DNA of 64,000 nt. It comes from Vezdaea acicularis. Lineage: Eukaryota. Positions 23,515-36,879 of this stretch are shown one piece after another (within the stretch, counting starts at the first letter, position 1; each line of letters starts with the position of its first letter). A model generated the notes under the pieces. It was not told the origin of the DNA. It was given only the letters and a program-made list of their open reading frames with translations, and searched no databases. The position numbers and the translations under genes are program-made. Location: assembly GCA_026025075.1 (NCBI GenBank), contig JAPEUI010000013.1:1-64000 (forward strand). The letters are read 5' to 3'.

Positions 23515-23881
23515 GTGGTTGCCTAACGGGGCTTTTCGATGACTCTATGCGCTTGGCTATGACTGCATTTTCATTCTAGAGGGCTGAGGCGTCTGATGGC
23601 CTGTTTCAGATTTTGCTTGTTCCATTTTGCTGGTTTCAGCGGAATCTGATTGCATGTGCGCTCTCCTTTTGCTCCCTTATGCGTGCTTCATATATTGCGG
23701 CGCGTTACATAGACGAAAATGATTATTCATTCCATTGAGCTGACACTATCCCGTCGTGTGATGTGATTTTAGAAGATAGTGGTGAATCGCCGCGATTGAT
23801 ACTATTTACAGACACCAAAGATCCCCAAAAGCGCCACGCTTCAACGCATGAATTAAGAAAGTCAAAAAATGCTGAAACAGC

Positions 23882-24831
23882 TCACTGTTCAATGTTGTCC
23901 TCATATGATGGCGGATCGTCTGTAGAGGCATCTATGATATCCGCCGGGACTCGCACATGTGGGACCGGCCTCCCAGTGAATGCTCTTTTTTGCTTCTCTA
24001 GCCTTGCTGCCCACAGCGCACTCCCTGCCGCCGTGGTCAGCAAGAACAGCATGCTCAGCAAGGGTACCAGCTGCAATGTCAGGGCCGCCGTGCCAAACCA
24101 CGTATACTGAAGCCTCCTTCTTCTAATCTCCGCCATTCTCTCTTTCTTCGGAAGTTCGAGAAGCTTGTAATAACGCCAATGGTGCAGCGGGCCTGCCCGG
24201 TGACCCGTGAGGACTAAGAAGAGTGGCGTCCCGAATATAGGGATCAAATTGAAGGGCAGGAAGAGGACGAACTCGATGATTAGCCTGATAGAAAGTGGGC
24301 TATAGACAGCAGATTTCTTAGGTTTGCCAAGCCGCTGCACGGGCGTCCTCCCATCGGCGTGGATCTCGCGTGAGGGTGCCAACAGGTCCGTCAGGCCCTC
24401 GTTGACGAGCACAGCATCGAAGATATCGACGAGAGCTTCGTCAACGAAGAATGCCTCAAAGAGGCCCTGTATGATGATTGCACCTTCGCCGAGTACAAGG
24501 AAGGCTCCATTGACCCAAGCCAGGGGGCCGTGAAATATGGCGAGGAATGCGACTTGTGGGAGATAGGTGAAGGTAAAGAGAATACTAAGAACGATAAAAG
24601 AGAGGACGGCACAAGGGATCAGGCGTGCTTTGAGGAGAGGGTATAGAAACGGGTGGCTGAAGAAGTAGAATATGCCCTGTAGCCGCGTTAGGTTTGCATA
24701 TAGGATTTTGAAGTCGTAAGACGTACCTTAAATGGGAACAGCCACGAGGGCGTACGCAGGGAAAGTTTCCGGGCTTTGGGATCAAGCTGCGTGCCTTGAT
24801 TAGGACCTGGAGAGGGCGATTCGGAATCCAT
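23882..24831 (-). CDS. EI24-domain membrane protein (Rrt8/Lds-like); exons 24831-24727 and 24676-23882
   Basis: The spliced product reads WLFPFK/GIFYFFSHPFLYP...TYLPQVAFLAIFHGPLAW...FVDEALVDIFDAVL...LPFNLIPIFG...HWRYY...LQLVPLL...GSALWA. Phase-0 GTACGT...CTAAC...CAG intron. Confidence 0.85.
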
Positions 24832-25229
24832 ATCTTAGATACTCGTAGCCCTGCGTCATAGAGTCATTTCAATGAGGCGGGTTATCCTGCCCACCAAAGG
24901 AGACTGCAGGAGCTGGTTTCCAGCTATCTCGATGAAGGCCACTCGCGGTTATCGTACACTCAAGCGACATCTTTATCACGCGGCAGACGAGCCAGCATCT
25001 GCCAGCCCGGGATAAAAGGAACGCGGAAGTCGTCCCTTTATTTAGCACGATAACGCGTTCGATGGGTCTTGAAATTCTATGGAAGCTACAAGAAAGCTAA
25101 ATTTTCAATTGCTGTTTTATGTAACTATTTCTACAAGGGTTGGACGTTCGGTGAGGAGGTACATTCACCTGAATGGGTCAAGTCCTCCAATATTATGCAA
25201 TTGTATTGGACGGATTCATTCATAAGCCT

Positions 25230-27640
25230 CTAGGAACTTTCACCTTTCTCTCCAAGGCTAAGACTCTCAATCGTATTCGTGACTTCCTGGTCATCCGCCT
25301 TCGCCTTCTTCGTCTTTTTCTTCCTCCCTCGTTGCCCTTCAGCCACGAGCGGTGCTTCTAAGATCCACCTTCCAATGACGTGCGCTCTGAGCGACCCGAT
25401 CAAAGCCGACTCTTTCATCCTCTCATGTGCCCATTTTCTGTTTCTGGGAGGTACTGGTTGACCATCTTTGGCAGATTGTTCATTTCCTTCAGAAATTTCA
25501 TCGTCTAGTTCAGCTCGACGGATTCGCGCTTCAACGGCGGCCTGGAAGCTTTCATCGTCCTGAACCCTTTCATCACTCACCGCTTCCAGAATAGCCTCTC
25601 GCTTCCTTGCCTCCTTCTTCCGCCTTTCGAGTCCGGCCTTAGAGCAAGTAACTACCGAGACCTTTTTTGCAACTTCTGCACCTGGCTGTGGTGCGGGCGC
25701 GCATAATTTTTCCCAGCTCTTTGGTAATTCGATCCAATTATCTGTCAGTCGAAGTATCTCTATCCAGTCTTGACGTGCAGGAGAGCGGGATTCGTGGAAG
25801 AGCGGATATCCATCACAGACGCGCGTAAGGCGTGCAACCATTTGAGCATGGCGTAAGATTTCTTTAGTTGAGGTTTGGAGGAGACTGTGAGCTAAGAGAA
25901 GAGAATGCAGAGCATCGACCAGGAGAGGGTGGTAAGTTATGGCCTCATACTGATCATTGGCTCTGAATAAGTTGGTGGAATCAGCGATAGGCGAATGTTG
26001 GACGATTGACCGAAGCGTGAGGGGTGTCGATGAAAGAGGCGGAAGAGTGACAATTGAGGTAGAAGAAAAAAGACTGGATATCTGGTATACATCGCGCTCA
26101 GCGGAACAGTATGATGATGAGTTTGAGGAGCCTTTCCCAAAAGCGGTAGCCAAGGGCTTATGAACAATAAGGGTGCCAGACATAGAAGGTGTTGTTGGAC
26201 TCATAACATTGCTCGTTTCGGGATCATCTTGCTTTGCATCGGATGTGTTTTGGGCCCCATTCATATTCTTGATGGCGTTCCTTATAGGCTTATTGATATC
26301 CTCAGACGGTAGCCCAGGTGTATACTCAAGATGAGAGAAGAAACTGATATAGTCTTTTACCGCTTTCTTCGCATTTAGTTTGACGATTTTACACATTTCA
26401 TGTCGGGTTCGAGCAATGAGTTCCTCTTCCTCGAATGAATTGCTAGCATCCCCGGAGTAGTTTGGAGTAGTTCCTGCTTTGGGAGGGAGGCTCCCTTCGA
26501 TATGTTGGCAGGCAAGTGTTAAGTAGACTCCAGCACGGTGAAATAGTAGTTGAGCTTCAAGACTGTTCGGCTGATCTTCCTCTTCTAATTTGAGATCTCT
26601 CCAGTCTCTGGGCTTAGTTTCTTGTTGTATCTTTCTCACAAGTTCAAGCTGCCCGTTTGCTGCACTGTGTTGTGACAAAAGTGACCTACACATTGCGAGT
26701 GCTTCAGTCAGATCCCGTGCAGAACCATATGAGTCGTCCTTAAAGAGCTTCGTCAACGCTCTCGTTCTAAGCGGTGGTCCACCCATCGATCGGTCTGATA
26801 TGATCTCATCCAAAGGTTGCAGGTTCGTGCACTGCGACATCATCCTTGAAGGTATTTTCTCATGGAAGAAATGAACGTACTTGGCATCTGAATCGTTAAT
26901 TTTCCGCTGTAAGACCAACTTCCCGACCTCATCCAAACTTGATGCGGATTGCATAGTCACCACACTAGTAGCAATTTCGTCAATCTGATAGGCTTTTGAC
27001 ATCTTTTGAGTTGCCATTTCTCGCATACGGTTCTTTCTTTCTTTACTCAACTTTGCGTTGCCGCCGCCATACACGATTCCCAGAGCGGCCGCAACATTTC
27101 CGAAGCCATCACCATTAACTTGGCTGCTTTTGGCTGAGGGAGCTACACCACTGGCAGCGCGTACGGCAAGATCTGAAGCATCATCTACAAGACGCCTGAC
27201 TTTTACCAGGTCGTAAAAAACTGCAGGGTCAATTGGTCGAGGGTGACGAGAGTAGAAGTTGTTGTGGGCATAAGCCTCCAGTACATCTGGTGGTACTGAA
27301 AGCCATGGACCGTGGTAAGATGATATGTAACGCCAATGCCTTTAATCGAGAAAATGTAAGCATAGTTCGGCTTTGGTCTAAGTAGGCCTACAAAGCCATA
27401 CGTTTATTACTGTTTCAACCTTGACACGTACTTATTGCGGCATATCATAAGCATAGGAGGGTTCGTTAGTCCAGGATATTCCTTCGCTTTTGACGCAGTC
27501 CACTCGCGTTTCGTTATAGTATCATTGGTCGCTTTACTTTTGATTGGTTCTGATGGCACGGGAGAAGCTTTTAACGCTGGTGACGCTGCTTCCGCCGAAG
27601 AGGAGCTTCCCGAAGCAGTTTTCTTCTTTTTCTTTGCCAT
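25230..27640 (-). CDS. Conserved fungal hypothetical protein (~770 aa); exons 27640-27432 and 27339-25230
   Basis: An intron at 27431-27340 joins ICRNK/HWRYISSYHGPWL. Conserved-looking blocks include PRPIDPAVFYDLVK, KYVHFFHEKIPSR, TYHPLLVDALHSLLL and CDGYPLF..SRSPARQDW. Function is not assignable. Confidence 0.85.
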
Positions 27641-28220
27641 GGCGAACTGTCCGAAATTTATCACCAAGAATCGTGAGTGGCCAGTGCAAGGAAAACGAAG
27701 TTTTGAATTTGAGGAATTGGGTTGTGAGAATTAAGACGGGTTTTGGAGAAAGCGAATGTGTCTACGCGAAAAAAATCATATTTGCAATTCCCAAACTACG
27801 TATTCCTTATGGTGCTCTTGTGTGTTCTGATTGTTGACTTGGAAGTCACCCTTTCTCCGCCGGTCGGAACCGAGGCAGTTCACGATGCAACCATCAGCCA
27901 CCAGAACCGAGGCCTGCCATTTCAGCTGCGATTCCATTTAGGCATGCGATTTACATTATCTCACATCAATTATGGTAGACAGCAGAGTAACATTCCTTCC
28001 CTAGAGTGCTTGAAGATTTGTAACGCCTCGAATGCATGGTACGCAGATAGATTTAGTCTAAACATTGCCAATGCTACCACCCAAACCCAGGCTACGAATG
28101 TCAATGCCATCTATCATACAGATACTTATGCGAATGACTTGTAAAATGTCCCTGACCGCATCATCGACGTACTCAAGCGAGTCAATCCGCAGGAATAGTG
28201 CGATGACCGTTGCGCCTAAT

Positions 28221-31064
28221 TTAAAGGGTTACATCGGGGATTGGATCCGTGAGAGCCAGGCATGCATCTACGGCTCGCCCAACACTAAACCCAGTCTTCG
28301 TCAGTATATGAAGTTTACCATCAACAATTTTGGTAACTGGATCAACTTACTCTCCACGTTTCATGCTTACAACATCCTCTATCAAATCCTTGTCTAAATT
28401 TGGAAACATCGCCAGCAAAGTCCTGTTACCTCATTAACCTATCTCCTTTTGGATATCGTGTCTAGCTGCAAGGTCCTACTTACTCTATGACACTTGCATG
28501 TTGGGCTTGCTGTAGCCTTTGAGCTTCAGCGGATTCGGCGCTAGCCTGTCTTGCAGCAGCATCTTCGGCATTCATACGCCTCCGTTCCCTCTGGCCTTTT
28601 AGAGATGCCGCCTCATAGGCCTTCGGGCCTTGACCTTCATTGCCACCCTGCCTTCGAGGCACTGGAGAGGCGCGTGATGGTGACTCGGCACGTTGTGGGG
28701 GGTCCACGAGTCCTAGTCCACTTCGGGTTGCCGGCTCCTCCGAAAACATTCTACCAATCGATGAAAGGGGTTTCTGAATAGATCTCAGGAGCCCGGCAAC
28801 TGCCAACTTTTCATCTACAGAGTCTGCTGTTGCGTCTGTAGCATTTCGAAAAGGCAGAGTCTGTCTCACTGAGGTTCGCTCTCCTTCCATGGAGTTTCTT
28901 GGTGTCACTTCCGGTCTGCTGGGCGCCGACTTATCACCGTAAGACGGATAATTCACCGCTGGAGATGAGAATTCCTCATCCTGCTTATGCTTCTCAGCTA
29001 TTGCTGACACCGCAGTTTCTACGTTCTTCTCGAATTCCTCGTCGGAGATTGTTAGCGTAGTCCGATCTAAATTCTCGATGAACTGGACTGCTCCCATCTT
29101 TGGCTGTCAGCATTGGAAATAACTATGGATGACATGGTACATACGAGTGATGACAAGTAGTAGCCAGCCTCTCCACCAAGCTTATCCTGATTTCGGAATC
29201 GGAGAATATATTGGACATTTGAGACCAGGTGCTCAGGATTTGATTGGAGTACAACCAGAATGAGGAGAGGAACAAAAGAGTCTGCGGACTGGTCAGATCC
29301 AGATCTGCGCAACAGTCCTACGAGAGTTATCAGACTGAACATTCCGACATTTTGTCAAGTTAAAACTGTGTGGGTACCGACCAAATATCACTTTGCAGCA
29401 GTTCAGAACGCATATAACCTTATCCCTTGGGGCTCGATACCCTTTAATCTTGAGAAGTTCTAGCTTTTGTCAATCATTGTGGTAATAAAGGTATTCATTC
29501 ATTACTAACCTTGCTGTGCTAGACCCAGAAACTTTCTGCCATCAGGGCCTGTTGACGTGATGTCCAGATGTTCTTCCTGGACCCAACCATATATCTGAAC
29601 CTTTTGAGCTAAAACTTCATCCCGTTCTACGTCTTCTTGATGCTGACCCCTTCTCCCCGGGCCCGTTGTCCTATCTACCTGCTTTCTCTTTCCCTTAGCG
29701 CCTATGATCGGAGGTGGTGGATCGATCGCAGGTGAGAAAGTTTGACTATATAACCGATTCATGACAAGTTTTTCCATGCCCTCTCGGGCATTATCGAACT
29801 CTGCGTCAGAAACACCGTTCCAGACCTCGCACTGCTCCATTTTGTTTGCTATGAAGATCAAAAAGTCTCCAATGATTTTAACCTGCTCATGTACCATCCA
29901 TTGTTTCTTAGAGAATTCGGCTAAGAACGAACGGAGATATCTTGCTACTGGATCTGCAGAACGATGACGAAGTTGTTCTAGGAATCTATGAAAGTCAAAA
30001 GGTAAGTCTGGTTCTGGCTCTGGCTCCGGCGGTTGTGGCTTGTGTGATATTATGGAAGAAGTCGGAGATCCCAATGAGTCAGGCAAAGATGGGCGCACAT
30101 TAAGAGAGTTTAATTGGCTGGAACTAGTAAGGGATGAAGGGTCGAGAGGCAACGGAGGCAGAGCCGCTTCGTACTGGATTTGCCTAGCGGAGGTAGGTTC
30201 GGGTTCTAGAGATTGCTGCGCAATCGGTACCTCCTGTGCGTTGTCTACTATTGAGGGTCTGATAGGCTCCAGACTTGATTTTCTAGGTGGGTGTTGCATT
30301 GCACCTCCCAAAAAGGGGCCGGCGAGCTCTAGGCGAGGTGATAGAACCTCATGTTCGTTAGGACCCCCCGCACCATCATCAAACTGGTCCATAATGTTTT
30401 GTATCTCCGACCTTGGACCGTTCTCTTGATAGCCTTTACCCGTCTCCTCGTCGAACTCACCTCCGGATAGAGCAGGAGACGCCGTTCTCGAATGGAGCGA
30501 TTTTCTAACCTCCTCGCTGTGTGCTGGGTTTGATCCTGCATTGGAAGGCGTTCTTGACGGTACTGTAGAGACTGTCGGAGTTTGGGGGGTGGGATCTAGA
30601 TATGTCTCATCTTTGGGTGGGGGTGTTGGCGGCGATTTTGCGTAAATGGTTCCAGTATCAGAAAGCTTTGTTTTGTCCGTTTCTTGAGCTCGTATAGTAT
30701 CGCGAGATGCAGTCAAATTCTCCAGGTTTTCCTCCGTAGCATGGCCGATTGCGGGCTGGGGAAGCTCAGATAGTCCACCATGGTGGGGTATATATGGGTT
30801 TTCGATATTGAAAGGCCCGGTTTTTGGGCTTTGACCCCTGAGGAAAGCCCCAGAATTCTTGCCCGCATGTTTCTCTACAAAGCCTGACTGCTCATCTTCT
30901 CCAACTTCTGGGGTTGTGTACCTTTCCACCGCTTCATTACTCGTTGTTGTCTGAGAATGATCGTGAGTCGCGGACAGAGTATCGCTACTAGTGTCAGGTC
31001 GGTCGTGAACGTTATCTGTCACTTCTAGTCTGGAATTCAAATCAGCTATCTTCGCAGAAGACAT
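28221..31064 (-). CDS. VPS9: Rab5-family guanine nucleotide exchange factor Vps9 with C-terminal CUE domain (multi-exon)
   Basis: FDFHRFLEQLR, EGMEKLVMNRLY, YRAPRDKVICVLNCCKVIF, SADSFVPLLILVVL and GGEAGYYLSSL. The final short exons encode TLLAMFPNLDKDLIEDVV...VGRAVDACLAL with stop at 28221-28223. ATG at 31064. Confidence 0.93.
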
Positions 31065-31458
31065 AGACTGACTACACCCGGGCGCAATAAGCCAGCTTGC
31101 CAACGTCACGGCCCAGTGCTCGGCTTTGGTAGCGGAGTTATAGCCTGGATATGGCCGACAATGTGGCGTTACCAGAGGTAATTATCTAGACCAATACCAG
31201 GAACATCGGATGAGATCAGAAGTTCTCAATTCACTGTGCTCTGAGCGATATAGACATAGCTCATGCAAGGACAGAATAGAGCTGTTGACTGTTATGTTAG
31301 TGCAGGATGCAAGCGAACCAAAGACCGTTATGAGTTCAACCGCCTTAACATAGAACTTGAATCACATCACTGAAGAAACCACTCTCACGGCTTTCATTGT
31401 AAGCCCGAGCATTGATGAAGAGGATGCGCTGGCCCCGCTCATTTTATATATATAGAAT

Positions 31459-33323
31459 ATGTGCGGTATCAGTGTTTCCCTTAGTCATGATGTACCTAAG
31501 CCAGCTAGTAGCCTGACGTTAAATCTGTTAAAGAATCGCGGACCGGACTATTACGGCCATTATTACAGGCCAATTCAGGTTGTCGGAGCACCAGGCTCTA
31601 TTTTCAAGGAAAGAGAACTTCATCTTTCATTGACATCTACGGTACTTGCGCTTCGTGGGAGGCATGTCACTCGACAGCCCTTGACTTCTCTATCAGGATC
31701 TGTCCTCTGCTGGAATGGCGAGGTATGGAAGATTGGTGGCAACGCGGTGTATGGTAATGATGCAGAAATGCTGTTTACTCTGCTTGAAAGACCAGCTGCA
31801 AGCATAGATATGGCCAGCCACCTCCCTCAAGAGAGCGCTACGTACGGATTCGAGTCCGACCTTTCATTTGATCAACTTGCAGCATTGCGTAATTTCATAT
31901 CAATCATAGGGATGGTCTCTGGTCCCTATGCATTCGTGTATTACGATGCGGTTCATAAATTACTTTTCTATGGTCGGGACGTGCTTGGTCGCCGCTCTCT
32001 TCTATGGTCTCACAAGGCGTCTAATGATCTAGTACTATCAAGTGTTCAAGACGGGGATCCTGAATCTCGTTGGGACGAGGTCGACCTCGATGGTATAAAG
32101 GTTATCAATTTAGCCTTCCCTTACTCGGCTGTATCCTCTGATAGCCAGGGTACAGAGGAAAACTTCAGAGTTCTCAAGGTACCATGGATTGATGCTACTA
32201 ATAAGACTCTGAAACAATTCCAGCTTGTACGCGTACTGATCTCCGCTGTTGCTAGATGAACACGCTAATATATGGCTAGACCAAACCGTTCGTATCTATC
32301 AATGTCGCTGTTCCTCATACTGCAGTTCCAGATTTAATTGCATCTACTCCAGCTGTCTCAAAGTTATTGAATGTCCTAACAGACTCTATGATCTTGCGCC
32401 TCAATACTCCCCCTGATACTTTCAAGTCAAGCAATGCGTCTCTAAAAGGGGCAGAAATCGCCATTCTCTTCTCCGGGGGCCTAGATTGCACAGTCTTAGC
32501 CCTACTTGCCAACGAGATCCTCAAAGAAGACAAAGTTGTTGACCTCCTCAACGTCGCGTTTGAGAACCCTCGGAAAGTAGCTGCAGCAAGAAAGGTACGA
32601 GATTCCACAAACCCCGAAGATGTTGATGATCCTCTGGACCCCTATAGTATCTGTCCAGACCGGATGACAGCGATTCGCACCCTAGAGGAGCTCCAAAGCC
32701 TCTGCCCAAGGAGGCAGTGGCGTTTAATAACCATCAATGTTTCACACCAAGAGTACACGTCTCACGGGCTTACAATCAAGACACTCATGTACCCACATGC
32801 CACGGAAATGGACCTCTCGATCAGTAGCGCTCTTTACTTTGCCTCACGTGGCTCCGGCGTAGTTTACCCTAGTGCTGACCAGTATACAACTTCTGCCCGG
32901 GTCCTCTTCTCTGGCCTCGGAGCAGACGAGCTCTTTGGTGGCTACCTTAGACACAAACAAGCTTTCTCCAGGCAGGGCTATACCGGCCTAATTGAAGAAC
33001 TTCAACTCGATATGTCGCGTCTCGGGAAGAGAAACTTGGGTCGAGACGATAGGGTCATGTCGCATTGGGGCCACGAGACGCGATACCCATACTTGGACGA
33101 GCAAGTAGTTGATTGGGCCATGCAAGTTCCTGTGTGGGAGAAATGTGGTTTTGGCCAACCGGAGGGTGAGGAATTGGGGCCGGAAAAGAAAGTTCTGAGG
33201 TTACTGGCATGGAGGCTTGGGCTTAGGGGTGTGGCGAAAGAAAAGAAACGTGCGATTCAATTTGGAGCTTGTACGGCGAAGATGAAACAGGGAAAGACTA
33301 AGGGGACGCAATCAGTAGAATAG
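31459..33323 (+). CDS. Asparagine synthetase domain-containing protein (ASNSD1/YML096W-like); exons 31459-32226 and 32280-33323
   Basis: N-terminal MCGI, RGPD, LCWNGE and GRDVLGRRSL (Ntn amidotransferase), then ILFSGGLDC, LLNVAFENPR, SGLGADELFGGY, RNLGRDDR and KRAIQFG. Confidence 0.92.
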
Positions 33324-33812
33324 GATAGGATCTGGGGGTTTCAAGGCTATGATGATTAATTCAGATACTGCTGAACGCCTGTAGAGGTCACTGCACCTTT
33401 ACCGAGTGATCATTTGTGAGTTTCCGCCAAGCTAGGCAGGTAACCCGATGGTCGTATCCAGGTCGTTATGAAGTGGTTAAAGGCAAGTCTGAGCCTTCGA
33501 AGGGAATTGCATGATAAAAGGGTCAAGATCATAGAAAGAGTTTTTACAATATAGTCCTGACTTTTACCTATTCGGCATAGCTAATGAGCGTTGCTCCTAT
33601 AGCTCCTCTGATTACTCTTTTTCATACATGCTAAATTCTCTCTATCACCAGCGACTGCAAACCCTGTGTTCGCTTGCCGGTTCTGCCAAATGCTGCATCA
33701 AGGGTATTTTGTATGTCCAAACGCCTGTCCCATGCGACACACTTCCAGCATCAAAAGAATTCAATCGATGAAAATTGCCGCTAGAGCCGTCTCACCAAAT
33801 CCGTCATAATCT

Positions 33813-35354
33813 TTAGCGTCCATAAGCGCCAATCCCACTTCCCACGCCCACCATGCCGAAGCCACTTGCACGATCGCCCAAACCAGGTGGTGAGGTAGGG
33901 CCTGGAAAATCGCTCTGCAAATTGAACTGGTCAGAGGGATGTTACATGTTTTCGGTTTCGAGCTCGTCCTGGAAACCTACCTTTCGACGTCTTTTCCGGC
34001 CCGGGCCGCCCTTCCTCCCTTCACCCCCTGAACCAGACTCATATCCATTTTCGAGATCATCGTCGACAAAGCCTTCTCCGTACCCCTCAAAGCTGTGGTC
34101 GTCGTACCTTCTCTTGGTACCAGTCCGCGTGGGTCTAGGACGTTCGTTTGCGCCCGTGCCTGTAGGACGCATAGCACCATTTACTTGTGTTTGACTCCGA
34201 GATGCACTCGCTGCTGTTTGCGCAACCGTGGGCGTTGGGCTGGGTACGTCGAGAGCTAGAATGCTTGCATCAAAGTTTGGCATTGGCCCTGGCTCTAGCT
34301 TCAAGGCCTTTCCCAATCGTGACAGAACACTTTCAGTTAACCCCGTCTCCATATTTAGTCCTGAAGCTTTCTGGATATTCCATTCTTCGTCAGGCCACGC
34401 CATTATCTCTGGTAGGCTGCCCGGCGTGCCCTCAGGGTGCTTCACTTCCTGGTGCTTGCCTGCGATGCCTAATTTATCCATATGCACCTTGTACGTCTTG
34501 CGTAACTTGTTCTTCTCGCCTTTCTTCTCTCCTGAAGGAATAGTCCGAGCTACGCTATCGGCAATATCTTTGAGCCCGTACAGAGATATAAGGTCTTCAG
34601 AGGGATGAGGTCGGGTCATTGGATGAGCTATCCCAGTACCCACGGTGTTAACCAATCAACTGTATAATGCAGGAGAATGGTAAGTGTGGGATAAAATGGG
34701 GGTCTTACGCATTGTACACGAAAGATACACATGATCGTAAGGTTCATGCATCCATGCTTCACCAAGGCCATTTGCCAGCCAGCTCCTCCCAGTCGCTGGT
34801 TCTGCAGCCTTCTCTGCGCCCAGACCTATTTCATCACCTTCTACTATGGCTGAATCGTCTATCTCACTCGATCGTTGGTCATCTCTCTTCCGGCGTTTAT
34901 CTTTAACAGGGCTAGCATCACCGTCACTCTCGTCTTCGCGTCGTCTCTTTCCCAGCGATAGAGGTGTTGCACGGTCTTCCGGCAGATCTAAGTCTCTAAT
35001 CGCGAGCGCTTCACCATCTGAGCCTATCGCCGGAGCGGTACCTGCTGCGCTATCCCCCGGAGTTGGAAGGGTGTTGGCCATAGTAGTCGGTTGCTGAGAA
35101 TTTTGCGCGGACACAGCAATGGTCAAGGGAGGAGAAGTAGAGAAGGTTTCTTGTGAGTTGATCATCGCTGATGAGGTTGGAATGTTGGATATGGGAGATA
35201 CATTTTGTTGAGATGGTGTGGACATTGAAAGAGGTGTGTTCGGTGTTTGCGGTTGTCCAGTATATTCCTTCCGTACCTTCGTCGACATTAAAGGCGGGGA
35301 AGAAGGCGAAGGAGGCGCTACAGGACGATAATTGTCTGAATGTGAAGGTGGCAT
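33813..35354 (-). CDS. MED19: Mediator subunit Med19/Rox3; exons 35354-34709, 34627-33981, 33914-33813
   Basis: PHPSEDLISLYGLKDIADSVAR...KNKLRKTYK...LGIAGK and KRRYDDHSFEGYGEGFVDDD...KRRRK. Both GT-AG introns keep the frame. Confidence 0.88.
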
Positions 35355-35524
35355 TGGGTTGTCGCCTCCTTGAGACAGACGCTCTTGAAGGGATCACCGT
35401 CAAGAGTGAATAAGATCTCTTACTGAGGCATTCGCGGCTTAGTCGCTGGATGTCTCAGATCGATTTATTCTTCTCATAGAGTTCACTTTTCGAAAGAAGG
35501 TCGACTAAATCGTATCGCCTTGCG

Positions 35525-35735
35525 CACGTGAAGACGGTTATGGTTGTAAAGAAAGACTTGAGGATCGCTGGTGGAGATGGTTAAGGTTGATGTAAGGCGG
35601 GAGCGGCAGAAACTAGAAGCCCGTGCTGGAGGAAACGCTGGCGGATACGCTAAGAGCACGTGATTGGTGAAGCCAATCCCCACCCCACGGTTCGCTACGC
35701 GGTTGGTTGGTCGAAACGCGTTGACCAGCGATTGG
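35525..35735. promoter_or_regulatory. Candidate motifs in the MED19-ERCC1 divergent promoter: two GCACGTGA E-boxes, CCAAT boxes and one ACGCGT (MCB-like)
   Basis: CACGTG at 35525 and 35657, ATTGG/CCAAT at ~35663, 35673 and 35731, ACGCGT at 35716. Function is inferred only. Confidence 0.35.
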
Positions 35736-35778
35736 AGCTTTAAAGTCCCCAGAAGTCGGAATAGGGTCGCTCACTACG

Positions 35779-36879
35779 ATGGATGATGATATCGATGATG
35801 ATGCTGACTTCGCAGCAGTTCTCGAGGCATCAGAACGTTCTCAAGCCATACCGACTGCAAGTCCGGCTTCGAACACCCCTGGAAAGATCCAACAACCTAA
35901 GCCACAAGCCCTCCCTTCTCGACAAGGGACCGGCTCTATACTTGTTTCGTCGAGACAAAAGGGCAACTCCCTACTCAATCACATCCGCGCTCAGCCATGG
36001 GAATACTCCAATATAACCGCAGACTATGTCCTAGGCGCGACAACATGCGCGTTATTTCTCTCTCTCAAATATCACCGGATTCACCCCGAGTACATCTATA
36101 GCCGTATTCAAGCGCTCGGCCATAATTACGCTCTTCGCATCCTGCTCACCCTTGTTGATATCAATAATCACGAAGAGTCCATCAAGGAGCTTTCCAAAAC
36201 AAGTCTTGTTAACAACGTAACAGTAATCCTATGCTGGAGTGCTGCCGAAGCTGGCCGCTACGTAGAACTCTACAAGACATACGAGAATGCGGCGCCTACC
36301 GCAATCCGTGCGCATCAGGCGACCAGCCATAATGAGAAGCTGATGGAATTCATCACGACGCCAAGGAGCATCAACAAGACTGACGCAATTGGGTTGGTAA
36401 GCAATTTTGGGAGTCTAAAAGCAGCAATAAATGCGAGACCAGAGGAGGTGGCTATGATCGCTGGGTGGGGTGAGAAGAAAGTCCAGCGATGGTGCAACAC
36501 GGTCAGAGAGCCTTTTAGAGTGCAGAAGGCGGCAAAGAGGAATGTAGTCGGTAACAGAGGAACAAGTGAGCCCAGCTTAAGCAGAGACACGTCAAGAGAC
36601 GATGGAGATGAACAAGCAAGGGTTGCTGCAAGACTTGGCGTGGGCTCACCATCAATTCTTGCACAGGCAGAATCAATCGAGGCCGAGGGTATAAGAGATC
36701 TGGAAGTCCAGGGCCGGCCAGCTCTAGACACCGAAATGTGGGAGCCAGGCCAGGACGAAGAAGAAGCCCTCATCGCCGCTGCCGCAGAAGAAGAACACAC
36801 TGCTAAGGCTAGGCGGAACAAGGACGAGCTAAGCTCTGGTATTGCTGCAGCCTTATCAAAACTTCGAGATAATACATGA
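35779..36879 (+). CDS. RAD10: DNA excision repair protein ERCC1/Rad10/Swi10
   Basis: SILVSSRQKGN..L, ADYVLG..TCALFLSLKYHRIHPEYI, LCWSAAEAGRYVELYK and HhH region INKTDA..L..FGSL...GWGEKKVQR. Confidence 0.95.
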   Translation: MDDDIDDDADFAAVLEASERSQAIPTASPASNTPGKIQQPKPQALPSRQGTGSILVSSRQKGNSLLNHIRAQPWEYSNITADYVLGATTCALFLSLKYHRIHPEYIYSRIQALGHNYALRILLTLVDINNHEESIKELSKTSLVNNVTVILCWSAAEAGRYVELYKTYENAAPTAIRAHQATSHNEKLMEFITTPRSINKTDAIGLVSNFGSLKAAINARPEEVAMIAGWGEKKVQRWCNTVREPFRVQKAAKRNVVGNRGTSEPSLSRDTSRDDGDEQARVAARLGVGSPSILAQAESIEAEGIRDLEVQGRPALDTEMWEPGQDEEEALIAAAAEEEHTAKARRNKDELSSGIAAALSKLRDNT

